A stretch of 24,000 bases of DNA, from sequence record OQ331036.1, one strand, 5' to 3'. The notes under the pieces are model-generated. The model saw nothing but the letters and a program-made list of their open reading frames with translations, was not told the DNA's origin and ran no database searches. Below, piece after piece: positions 7,802 through 15,812 of the stretch. This stretch comes from Yersinia phage MHG19. Both the position numbers and the translations under genes were made by a program. Every line of letters begins with the position of its first letter. Within the stretch, counting starts at the first letter, position 1.

Positions 7802-9907
7802 ATGAAATTACGTACTGACGAAGAAAATATCATTGGTTCAAGCGGTCAAACCACTAAGTTCAGTATTGCCTCTTCCGCGAAGGCATTTAAGATTCTGAGC
7901 TCCAATCTCTATAAAAACAAAATTCGAGCTATTGTTCGTGAGTTAGCATGTAACTGCGTTGATGCTCACAAAATGATTAACTCAACAGAGAATTTTGAAA
8001 TCAAAGTTCCGTCAAGCCTTGACCCACGATTTGTTATTCGTGATTTCGGTCCAGGTTTATCTCATGACGATATCGATAACCTTTACACAACGTATTTTGC
8101 GTCAACAAAATCTGAAAGCAATGATTTCATCGGTGCGCTAGGATTAGGTAGTAAGTCTCCATTCTCATATACAGATACATTTACTGTAGTATCATACCAT
8201 GAAGGTATGGCACGTGGTTATACCGCGATGTTGGACAAGGGCGAACCAGTACTACGACCTGTATTTGTTGAAGAAATGACTGCTGACGATCGTACAGGTC
8301 TTGAAGTGACTGTGCCGGTCAAGCCTAACGATCTGAACACTTGGTTGTATGAAATCAAATATGTTCTGCGTCCGTTCAATGAAATTCAGTGCACATTGAA
8401 AGGAACTTCAATTGTCATTGATACTTTCCCAGATGATGAATGTTTTGCAGTGAATCGTTCTGAATATGAATCATCTGGATTGTATGCAATCATGGGTAAT
8501 ATCGTTTATCCATTACGCGATGTGAAGGGTCTTAAGGCTCAGTGGTTACAATCTAAGAGCAATGTCGTTTATATTCGATTCCCGTTAGGTGAACTCGATA
8601 TTACTCCAAGTCGTGAAGAACTTTCTTTAGATGAAGAAACCGTACAGAACGTATTGACTCGTTGCGCAGTTATTGATGCTCGAACTTATAAAGAAGACGT
8701 TGCTCATCTTAAGACAATCACTGATTACCGTCAGTTTGTTCAAGAGCTGAACAAGTTCAACTATAATGCTCGTAACGTTATTCGTAACTCGAATATTCAG
8801 ATCAACGGGTTGAACGTAACACAGATCATCAATGAAACTCAGACCAATGAGAATCTAATGGGTGGCACCGCATACGATCTGGACGCTAATAACATCAAAG
8901 CGATGAAGATCAAGTGCGGTTCAGGTTATACTACAACTGGACAGATTCGTCTTGAAACTCTGTACGGTGTAGGTAACAAAAAACCTGTTCTGATTATCGA
9001 TGATAAGAACTCTCGTCGACTTCGTACTCTACGCGGTATGGCGGCTGCAGGCAAAACTGGTTATGTTACTTTGTTTAAAGAATCTGATCCGTTTGAAATG
9101 CGAGTCCTTGAGCGTGTTAAAAAATTCTTAGGTGAAGGTAACTACACAGTACTTCGAATCATGGACCCTGAGATGGTCAAGATGTACGATTCGATTGTTC
9201 CTGAAAAAGCTGACCCAACTGAAAAACGTCCGACTTCACCAAACGTTGCTCGTCATGTTTATAAAGAAGGCAATGGTTGGTATGTTGAACAAGACTGTTA
9301 TACTGCTTCTGAAATCGCTGAATTCGAAGGTTATGGCATCTATCAAAAACGTGATGAATTTAGATCATTGGACGGCAATGAAGCTAAAGAATTCTTAGAG
9401 GTGTACGAAGCTAGAAACCTGGCAAACGCCTGTGGTATCACCGAGTTCTATGCTTTCAGACCAGCGGCTCGATTGAAAGCTCTGAAGAATGAAAACATTG
9501 ATTGTTTGATGTCTGCTTTTGAAGAAAAGTATATAGAATTACTTGACGATGTTGATTACGATCAGTATATTGGTGATATTAACTCAACTCGATTCATGAA
9601 ACGTCTAAGCGATCCGGCTTATGGATTCGAATATATTTTGAGTCATTTCGTTGGTAGTCCAGGTCGTACGAAAGAATATTCAATTCTGAAAATGTTCTCT
9701 CAATATTTCAGAGCAGGAACTGAATGCATTACAGGGCAATGTAGTACAATATTCAATATACTACAACGTCAAGCGAATGATACAGCATCAGTACTGTTAG
9801 ATGAATTTAAATCAAAACATGCTTGTGTATATTACACGCTTAATAACTCTTGGGACATATCCCAAGATATAATCGACGATGTTAAACGTCAAGTGAAAGC
9901 AAAATAA
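7802..9907 (+). CDS. rIIA: rIIA protein (rapid-lysis / exclusion-related, GHKL ATPase-like)
   Basis: 701 aa; GHKL-like motifs VRELACNCVDAH and IRDFGPGLSHDDI...; size, and position directly before rIIB. Confidence 0.92.
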   Translation: MKLRTDEENIIGSSGQTTKFSIASSAKAFKILSSNLYKNKIRAIVRELACNCVDAHKMINSTENFEIKVPSSLDPRFVIRDFGPGLSHDDIDNLYTTYFASTKSESNDFIGALGLGSKSPFSYTDTFTVVSYHEGMARGYTAMLDKGEPVLRPVFVEEMTADDRTGLEVTVPVKPNDLNTWLYEIKYVLRPFNEIQCTLKGTSIVIDTFPDDECFAVNRSEYESSGLYAIMGNIVYPLRDVKGLKAQWLQSKSNVVYIRFPLGELDITPSREELSLDEETVQNVLTRCAVIDARTYKEDVAHLKTITDYRQFVQELNKFNYNARNVIRNSNIQINGLNVTQIINETQTNENLMGGTAYDLDANNIKAMKIKCGSGYTTTGQIRLETLYGVGNKKPVLIIDDKNSRRLRTLRGMAAAGKTGYVTLFKESDPFEMRVLERVKKFLGEGNYTVLRIMDPEMVKMYDSIVPEKADPTEKRPTSPNVARHVYKEGNGWYVEQDCYTASEIAEFEGYGIYQKRDEFRSLDGNEAKEFLEVYEARNLANACGITEFYAFRPAARLKALKNENIDCLMSAFEEKYIELLDDVDYDQYIGDINSTRFMKRLSDPAYGFEYILSHFVGSPGRTKEYSILKMFSQYFRAGTECITGQCSTIFNILQRQANDTASVLLDEFKSKHACVYYTLNNSWDISQDIIDDVKRQVKAK

Positions 9908-9912
9908 TCTAC

Positions 9913-9926
9913 GGGGCTTCGGCCCC
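9913..9926 (+). terminator. hairpin between rIIA and rIIB (weak or attenuator, no U tract)
   Basis: GGGGC-TTCG-GCCCC followed by ATATT. Confidence 0.45.
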
Positions 9927-9943
9927 ATATTAAAGGTGATAAA

Positions 9944-11137
9944 ATGGTCAGTATTCTGAATTACGAACAAAAGTTGAAAGTAGCATCATTGATTAACTCT
10001 AAAATGTCTCAAGCTGAAGTTGCTCGTCAGTTTGGTGTTTCAGCTGATACGATTCGGCGCGTTATAAAAGAATTCAAAGAAGGTATTATTCATCCATCGA
10101 TTAATGTGATGAAGCACATCACTGTTAACGGTGATATCTTTATTAAGCGTGATCAACTGCGTATCGAACCTGATAATGAAGATCTAGCATACGTATTTGC
10201 TCATGACGCTCTGGTTTATGAACGTGATGCGTACTCAGAATGCTATGTTGATGTTAAAGGTGGCGATCAGGCATTTGAAGGTATTCGTTGCCGTGGTCTG
10301 GTACTCCAAGAAAACTATTACGCTAGCGATGATTTCGAAGACGACGAATTCATGATGGCCGATGAATACGATGCCATGATTAAAGAACGCCAAGCTAAGT
10401 TCGTCATGCCTCCAGAAGCGGTTGCTAAAAGGCCAGAAGCTATTTGGAACGCATCTTCTAAATTCATCTCTATCACAATTGGTCGTCAGACTTGGAATGC
10501 TGATTCTGAACATCCAAACTTCAAAGAAGCTCTACAGACTTTAGTTGATGGCGATGTTGAACGTGCTTTAGATCTTATCAATATCGAACGTGGTGTTGCT
10601 AAATTCGTTAAAGGCGATATCCGAATTGAAGATGGCGCTCTGTTCTATCAAGATCTGGAACTGCGCACCGGTTTAACTGAGCGTATCGTTAAGATGGCTC
10701 AAGAAGGTGAAGACTTCCAATTCTTGTTGCCATTCTTAGAAAATCTGATGGAAAACCCATCTCGTTCAGCAGTATATCGTCTGTTTGACTTCTTGCAGGC
10801 TAACGATATCGAAATCACTGAAGACGGTCACTTCTTGGCATGGAAACGTGTTCGTGAAGATTACACCGACTGTCACTCTGGTAAATTTGATAACTCTGTT
10901 GGTGTTACAGTTAAAATGCCTCGTAACCAAGTAGACGAAGATGACGAGACTACTTGCTCTACTGGCTTGCATGTTTGTGCTAAAAGTTATCTGAACCATT
11001 TCGGTGGTGCACGAATTGTACAAGTTAAAGTACACCCACGTGACGTAGTAAGTATTCCTGTAGATTACGGTAATGCTAAAATGCGTACATGTCAGTATAA
11101 AGTTGCCGCTGATGTTACTGAAACTTTAGATTACTAA
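9944..11137 (+). CDS. rIIB: rIIB protein, enlarged by an acidic insertion after the N-terminal HTH
   Basis: N-terminal HTH (SQAEVARQFGVSADTIRRV) and C-terminal IWNASSKFISI, LFDFLQANDIEITEDG, CSTGLHVCAKSYLNHFGG, VHPRDVVSIPVDYGNAKMRTCQYKV match T4 rIIB. Confidence 0.95.
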   Translation: MVSILNYEQKLKVASLINSKMSQAEVARQFGVSADTIRRVIKEFKEGIIHPSINVMKHITVNGDIFIKRDQLRIEPDNEDLAYVFAHDALVYERDAYSECYVDVKGGDQAFEGIRCRGLVLQENYYASDDFEDDEFMMADEYDAMIKERQAKFVMPPEAVAKRPEAIWNASSKFISITIGRQTWNADSEHPNFKEALQTLVDGDVERALDLINIERGVAKFVKGDIRIEDGALFYQDLELRTGLTERIVKMAQEGEDFQFLLPFLENLMENPSRSAVYRLFDFLQANDIEITEDGHFLAWKRVREDYTDCHSGKFDNSVGVTVKMPRNQVDEDDETTCSTGLHVCAKSYLNHFGGARIVQVKVHPRDVVSIPVDYGNAKMRTCQYKVAADVTETLDY

Positions 11138-11142
11138 TTGAT

Positions 11143-11165
11143 TGGGGACTTCGGTCCCCATTTTC
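11143..11165 (+). terminator. rho-independent terminator after rIIB
   Basis: TGGGGAC-TTCG-GTCCCCA followed by TTTTCTT. Confidence 0.8.
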
Positions 11166-11177
11166 TTAAGGAAGGTT

Positions 11178-11552
11178 ATGAAATTTAATCTCAATAAAGA
11201 CTTTGGCAGATTCGTTGATTCATGTGAATGCTCTTACGAATATAAAGATATGATGAACTTGATTAAAGAGTATTCTGCCAACCGATCTTTGACTGATGGC
11301 TTAACTCCTCGTATTGGTACTCATATCGTTCACCTCGTTTTATTCTCAGTTCTATGCGCTTTAGCATTTATTTGCGCAATGACAACAAAGATTATTCGAT
11401 CAGTCTTCAAGACCGTAGGTATTTTGTTATGCGCTTTGCCTTGGATTGTTTACACTATCTTTGGCACTGTTGTAGGTATTCCCATTTCAATGCTCGCTCA
11501 TTATGCTATGAATAAATCTAACTGGTTCACTAAAATTTTCTATAAGGCTTAA
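11178..11552 (+). CDS. hypothetical membrane protein
   Basis: ATG 11178 after RBS aagga; two hydrophobic stretches (IVHLVLFSVLCALAFICA; SVFKTVGILLCALPWIVYTIFGTVVGIPISML). Confidence 0.75.
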   Translation: MKFNLNKDFGRFVDSCECSYEYKDMMNLIKEYSANRSLTDGLTPRIGTHIVHLVLFSVLCALAFICAMTTKIIRSVFKTVGILLCALPWIVYTIFGTVVGIPISMLAHYAMNKSNWFTKIFYKA

Positions 11553-11553
11553 A

Positions 11554-11847
11554 ATGTTAACTTCAATGATGAAAGACATCTACTATCACATGGACGATCA
11601 TGCTTGTGAAGGTGTTATCTATTGTAAAGATATCAAGGTAGATCCGGGCGATACTCATCTGGCGGTTCTGTATGTTAAAGATATCGTTGTTGGTATTAAT
11701 GTTAAAGACGATATGGAACAATTTGATCTTTCTGAAGATGACCGTGTTTATGTTGGCGGTGTTCTTCATGTCCAAAAGGTAATGGTCCATTCTGATCCGG
11801 TTCAAGCGAAGGCAGATCGTCTTCTTCACGAGGTAGCAAATGATTAA
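11554..11847 (+). CDS. hypothetical protein
   Basis: 97-aa ORF, overlaps downstream gene by 8 nt. Confidence 0.68.
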   Translation: MLTSMMKDIYYHMDDHACEGVIYCKDIKVDPGDTHLAVLYVKDIVVGINVKDDMEQFDLSEDDRVYVGGVLHVQKVMVHSDPVQAKADRLLHEVAND

Positions 11848-12451
11848 AGAAACAACTCCTGGTTTTGTCCATCTGTCGAACTTAAAACCTTTCTTGATGG
11901 ATTCTTCTGTCCACATGAACAAAAAGACAAAAGACAAACTTGATGACACTATACAATACGTGATGGAAACATATCCTAATCGTGACCCAGAACAAGTGCG
12001 GTTTGTTTCTACAGTTTCTTTGATGGCTGAACAGTACATTGCATCTTACACCGGTGGTACGAACGACGGCGCTGAAGAAGATCTCGACGATCCATATACT
12101 TATGCGTATGACGTTGCGATGCCGTCAAAGTATCAAGGACTTCGTGTAGAGGTTAAGTGTTCTCTTTCTGGTAAATGGATCAACGTCAAAGACCACAAAG
12201 ATTATCCATCACGCTCAGGAATTAACCTCTATTCATTCAGGCACCATAAGGTTGCTGACTGTATAATTATATTAAGTGTGATAGAACTAGACCCTGGTGT
12301 CTTTGAGTACACACCTAAGGTACTTACTGTACGTGAGGCCTTTAATAAGAGTCAAGAACTCGTAGTACGTGGCCGTGACCAAAAATCATGGTATCTTCGT
12401 AAAGAAAGACCTTGGTCGATGGACGAAGATATTCCTTTAAAATTATTTTAA
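11840..12451 (+). CDS. putative PD-(D/E)xK-like nuclease in the denB (endonuclease IV) position
   Basis: 203 aa; LRVEVKCSLSGKWINVKDHK resembles an ExK catalytic strand; lies between rIIB and ndd as denB does in T4. Homology not verified. Confidence 0.4.
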   Translation: MIKETTPGFVHLSNLKPFLMDSSVHMNKKTKDKLDDTIQYVMETYPNRDPEQVRFVSTVSLMAEQYIASYTGGTNDGAEEDLDDPYTYAYDVAMPSKYQGLRVEVKCSLSGKWINVKDHKDYPSRSGINLYSFRHHKVADCIIILSVIELDPGVFEYTPKVLTVREAFNKSQELVVRGRDQKSWYLRKERPWSMDEDIPLKLF

Positions 12452-12461
12452 ATAAACTGTT

Positions 12462-12505
12462 TACAGTTTCGATAAGGTTTGATACTATTACCTTATCGAA
12501 ACTAC
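12462..12505 (+). promoter_or_regulatory. putative early promoter with perfect 14-bp inverted repeat over -10 and start site
   Basis: TTTACA (12462-12467), 17 nt, TACTAT (12485-12490); AGTTTCGATAAGGT (12467-12480)/ACCTTATCGAAACT (12492-12505). Confidence 0.78.
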
Positions 12506-12519
12506 TGGAGTAAATTAAA

Positions 12520-12723
12520 ATGTCAAACTTTGAAATTATCGCTGATCTTAAAGCACGTAAAGCCAAATCTGGTAAAGCCGTAGAAAAACGTGTTATTTTG
12601 GAGGATATGGATGTGTACGCTTGTGCAATCCAGGAACGTTCTAATCGTGGTCAGAAAGTAAATGTCGAATTTCAAAAGATGTTTGATATTTTAGCTGAAG
12701 ACGTTAAAAACATTACTAAGTGA
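12520..12723 (+). CDS. hypothetical 67-aa early protein
   Basis: ORF directly downstream of promoter, RBS ggag. Confidence 0.68.
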   Translation: MSNFEIIADLKARKAKSGKAVEKRVILEDMDVYACAIQERSNRGQKVNVEFQKMFDILAEDVKNITK

Positions 12724-12730
12724 GAAAATT

Positions 12731-13054
12731 ATGAACTACATTCAAATGCTGGACTCTTCAATTTACAAAACCGCAAAGTTGCGTGGCGTTGATAAACCAA
12801 CTGCATGTAAAAATGGTCTGTTAGCTCCATTATCTGAAGGTCATTGGCCAACTTACGTAGCGATGTCTTTCTACTACGCGATTAAGAATACTCATAAGCA
12901 TTACGCATGTCCAGAACCTGAAATGCGTAAAGTATTCATCAAAAAGTACGAAGAATTCAAGGCCGGCAGTCCAAATCGCGAAGGTTACGCTGAAATCCAG
13001 TTTGATCTTTGCTTATCAGTTAACGATTACATCATGAACACTTTATTCGCTTAA
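12731..13054 (+). CDS. hypothetical early protein
   Basis: 107-aa ORF, RBS gagaaa region, tight packing. Confidence 0.7.
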   Translation: MNYIQMLDSSIYKTAKLRGVDKPTACKNGLLAPLSEGHWPTYVAMSFYYAIKNTHKHYACPEPEMRKVFIKKYEEFKAGSPNREGYAEIQFDLCLSVNDYIMNTLFA

Positions 13055-13066
13055 GAGGAAAATATA

Positions 13067-13495
13067 ATGCAAATTATGACTACTGTTGATTTACAATCTG
13101 CTTCTCCAAAATTCGTAGGCACTCTGGTTCGTGGTATTATGGAACAAGAGCCATCAGTTAATCTGGCTGAACCAGGTTTCTACTTTGCTGTACGTAAGCA
13201 AACTGGTCTTGTTCATGCTCGATTCTTTGTAGGTAAGACTCGTTCAGCGACTGGTTTCATGAACGTGGTTTCAAAGGTAAACCAGAAACGTTCTTTCGCT
13301 ATGAAAGCAATGAGCTCGAACACGTACGATATCTTCTTCGTGGCGATCGACAAAATGAAGCCTTTGACTACTGGCTTTGGTAAAGGTCAATTGGCTTTAG
13401 CGTTCACTCGTCAACATACAAGTTCATACCAGACTATGGACGAACTGAATCGTCTGTTGGCTGACAACTTCAAATTCGTATTGCAGAAATACTAA
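13067..13495 (+). CDS. ndd: Ndd nucleoid disruption protein
   Basis: MKPLTTGFGKGQLALAFTRQHTSSYQTMDELNRLLADNFKFVLQKY is nearly identical to the T4 Ndd C-terminus; GFYFxV...ARFFVGKTRS also matches. Confidence 0.95.
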   Translation: MQIMTTVDLQSASPKFVGTLVRGIMEQEPSVNLAEPGFYFAVRKQTGLVHARFFVGKTRSATGFMNVVSKVNQKRSFAMKAMSSNTYDIFFVAIDKMKPLTTGFGKGQLALAFTRQHTSSYQTMDELNRLLADNFKFVLQKY

Positions 13496-13638
13496 TGGCT
13501 TTCTTAAACGGTTTAGTGGCTGTCCTTTGGACAGTCATATTAGCCTATAACATGGCTAACCCAGAACTTCCTGGATGGTCAGTAATTCTAGGAATCTTTA
13601 TGATCTTTATGTGCGGCAGGGCTGCACTGAGAAGCTGA
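13495..13638 (+). CDS. 47-aa small membrane protein (not in supplied ORF track)
   Basis: Start overlaps ndd stop (TAATG); MAFLNGLVAVLWTVILAYNMANPELPGWSVILGIFMIFMCGRAALRS*. Confidence 0.65.
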   Translation: MAFLNGLVAVLWTVILAYNMANPELPGWSVILGIFMIFMCGRAALRS

Positions 13639-13639
13639 T

Positions 13640-13717
13640 ATGAATCCTTGGCTTATGTTTACGTTGTTTGCTGCGGTCGTAACTATCGCGTCAATTTTTG
13701 TGGATGATTTATTATGA
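13640..13717 (+). CDS. 25-aa hydrophobic peptide (not in supplied ORF track)
   Basis: MNPWLMFTLFAAVVTIASIFVDDLL*; stop overlaps next ATG (ATGA); fills the gap exactly. Confidence 0.45.
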   Translation: MNPWLMFTLFAAVVTIASIFVDDLL

Positions 13718-13908
13718 AAATTCGTTATGTAGATCTGTTCATCGTGATGTTCTTTGCGATCTCATGTGTCTTCAGTATTTTGTTTTTAGTCGCATATGGC
13801 GCAATGGAATACATCAGTGGAACTATACTGACTTATGCAATGATGACTATCGCTACTCTAGTGGTTTGTGTATTCGACAGACGCACGAGGTTGAAAAATG
13901 AAAACTAA
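13714..13908 (+). CDS. 64-aa membrane protein
   Basis: Two predicted TM stretches, coupled ATGA start. Confidence 0.7.
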   Translation: MKIRYVDLFIVMFFAISCVFSILFLVAYGAMEYISGTILTYAMMTIATLVVCVFDRRTRLKNEN

Positions 13909-14128
13909 TCCATTAGTAGTCATCATACCAGTAATCCTCGGTCTAATAGCGTTTCTGTTAGCTTTAGTCACTGGAGTTCCTTTACTTCAGTCTACGTTAG
14001 CAGGTTTAAGCGTTTATGCTTTCTTCCAGTTCTTGGCTTTACTCATCGATACGGATGACGACGACGACGGTGGTCCAGGTTCACCTATGACTACGGTACG
14101 AATTGCTGCGTGTTCAGCTGTTGTATAA
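13898..14128 (+). CDS. 76-aa membrane protein with poly-Asp tract
   Basis: VVIIPVILGLIAFLLALVTG...LSVYAFFQFLALLIDTDDDDDGG. Confidence 0.7.
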   Translation: MKTNPLVVIIPVILGLIAFLLALVTGVPLLQSTLAGLSVYAFFQFLALLIDTDDDDDGGPGSPMTTVRIAACSAVV

Positions 14129-14152
14129 TGAACACCTAACAAAGAGGTGAAA

Positions 14153-15484
14153 ATGAAATTAAATCCACGAAATCTGCAAAGTATCATTGATAATGAAGCA
14201 TTGGCTTATGCAATGTATACGGTTGAAGAACGTGCGATTCCAAATATGATGGATGGTCTAAAACCAGTTCAGCGATTTGTGATTTATCGTGCTCTTCAGA
14301 TGTCTAAAGGTAATAAAGAAAAATTCCATAAAGTAGCTTCTGTTGCTGGCGGTGTATCTGACGCAGGTTATCACCACGGTGAAGGTTCCGCAGCTGGAAC
14401 TGCTGTTTTGATGGCAAACAACTGGAATAACAACTGCGCATTACTGGATGGTCAAGGAAACTTTGGTTCTCGACTAGTTCAAGAAGGTGGTGCAGCTCGT
14501 TACGTTTACTGTCGTGTTTCTGATGCTTTCCGTAACATCTACAAAGATACTGAATATGCTCCAGCGCACAAAGATCTTGAACACTTGCCGCCAAAGCATT
14601 ATCTGCCAATTATTCCAACTGTTTTATTGAATGGTGTAAAAGGTATCGCAACAGGTTATTCAACTTCAATTCTTCCGCATTCGTTGGAATCTGTTGTTGA
14701 GTGTACTAAACTTGCTATCCAAGGTAAATTGGACAAAGAACCAACAGTTCAATTTCCAAAGTTCAAAGGTCAAATTGTACCGTCTGAAAATGGTGTAGAG
14801 CTCAGAGGTGTATACCGTTTCATCTCCCGTAATCAGATTGATATCTCCGAAATTCCTTATAAGTGGGAACGTACTGCTTATGTAGAGAAGATCCTTGAAC
14901 CTCTGGTTGACAAAGGTTATATCACTTATGATGACCAATGCGGTCGTGATGGTTTTGGATTCAGAGTTAAATTCCGAAAAGATTACGTCTTAGACGATAA
15001 TGAAGAAGCACGCCATGAACGCATCATGAAGGATTTTGGTTTAACTCAAAAAGTCCCTCAGTTCATCGTTGTTATTGATGAGAATGGTAAGTTACGTGAT
15101 GACTTTACTTGTGCGTCAGATTTAATCAAGCATTTCGTTGAAGTCCGTAAGACGTATATCAAGACCCGTATCGAAAATAAGATTATTGAAACACAAGAAG
15201 CTTTTGATTTAGCTAAGGCGAAAGCTATGTTTATCAGTCGTGTTATCAAGAATGAAATTGTCATTCAAGGTAAGACTCGTAAACAGTTATCAAAAGAAAT
15301 TGAATCGTTTGACGATTTGAAAGATTACGTAGAGAAGCTTGTTTCTATGAACATCTATCATATCACTAATGATGAAGCTAAGAAGTTGGTTCTTGAAGCT
15401 AAACGCTTAAAAGAAGAACGCGAATACTGGAAGAAAACTACTCCAGAACATGAATACACTAAAGACTTAGAGGAATTACAATGA
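14153..15484 (+). CDS. 52: type II DNA topoisomerase medium subunit (GyrA/ParC-like)
   Basis: LAYAMYTVEERAIPNMMDGLKPVQRFV, LLDGQGNFGSR, YKDTEYAP, IKGIATGYST, FVEVRKTYI; matches T4 gp52. ORF track start 14147 is GTG; ATG at 14153 aligns with T4 start. Confidence 0.97.
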   Translation: MKLNPRNLQSIIDNEALAYAMYTVEERAIPNMMDGLKPVQRFVIYRALQMSKGNKEKFHKVASVAGGVSDAGYHHGEGSAAGTAVLMANNWNNNCALLDGQGNFGSRLVQEGGAARYVYCRVSDAFRNIYKDTEYAPAHKDLEHLPPKHYLPIIPTVLLNGVKGIATGYSTSILPHSLESVVECTKLAIQGKLDKEPTVQFPKFKGQIVPSENGVELRGVYRFISRNQIDISEIPYKWERTAYVEKILEPLVDKGYITYDDQCGRDGFGFRVKFRKDYVLDDNEEARHERIMKDFGLTQKVPQFIVVIDENGKLRDDFTCASDLIKHFVEVRKTYIKTRIENKIIETQEAFDLAKAKAMFISRVIKNEIVIQGKTRKQLSKEIESFDDLKDYVEKLVSMNIYHITNDEAKKLVLEAKRLKEEREYWKKTTPEHEYTKDLEELQ

Positions 15485-15657
15485 AATTCAGTTTAACATT
15501 TATTATTGGCCTGGTTGCATTCCTGGTTAACCTATCGGGTGGTATGGTTTGGACTAAGGCTGCTCTATGGGGTATTGCCTTCTGGGTTGGCTCTGGGTTG
15601 GCTCTGTTCATCATCTTGTTAATTATTATGGCGGTTGTTGCTTCGACCGTTAAGTAA
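15481..15657 (+). CDS. 58-aa membrane protein coupled to gene 52 (not in supplied ORF track)
   Basis: ATGA overlap with 52 stop; MKFSLTFIIGLVAFLVNLSGGMVWTKAALWGIAFWVGSGLALFIILLIIMAVVASTVK*. Confidence 0.75.
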   Translation: MKFSLTFIIGLVAFLVNLSGGMVWTKAALWGIAFWVGSGLALFIILLIIMAVVASTVK

Positions 15658-15669
15658 GTTAAACTTTAT

Positions 15670-15693
15670 GGGAATCCTTCGGGATTCCCTTTG
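15670..15693 (+). terminator. rho-independent-like terminator
   Basis: GGGAATCC-TTCG-GGATTCCC followed by TTTG. Confidence 0.7.
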
Positions 15694-15756
15694 TGGTATC
15701 TATTGGACAGCTTTCTAGATTTCACGCTCGATGGCCAGAATATTTACAAAACTTTA

Positions 15757-15800
15757 TTGTACTCGTATAGCATACTTTGATACTATAACTCTATCGAAAC
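15757..15800 (+). promoter_or_regulatory. putative early promoter, conserved 25-nt module copy
   Basis: TTGTAC (15757-15762), 18 nt, TACTAT (15781-15786), module TTTGATACTATAACTCTATCGAAAC (15776-15800). Confidence 0.75.
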
Positions 15801-15812
15801 AATGGAGGATTT

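Noticed and set aside
9132-9398. Alternate-frame ORF inside rIIA
   Set aside because: Fully nested in rIIA without convincing RBS; low-complexity shadow.
11563-12039. 158-aa antisense ORF
   Set aside because: Antisense to two plausible + strand genes; Ile/Phe-rich shadow translation.
13067-13495. Initially considered unknown/anti-host orphan
   Set aside because: C-terminal block matches T4 Ndd almost residue for residue, so it is ordinary ndd.
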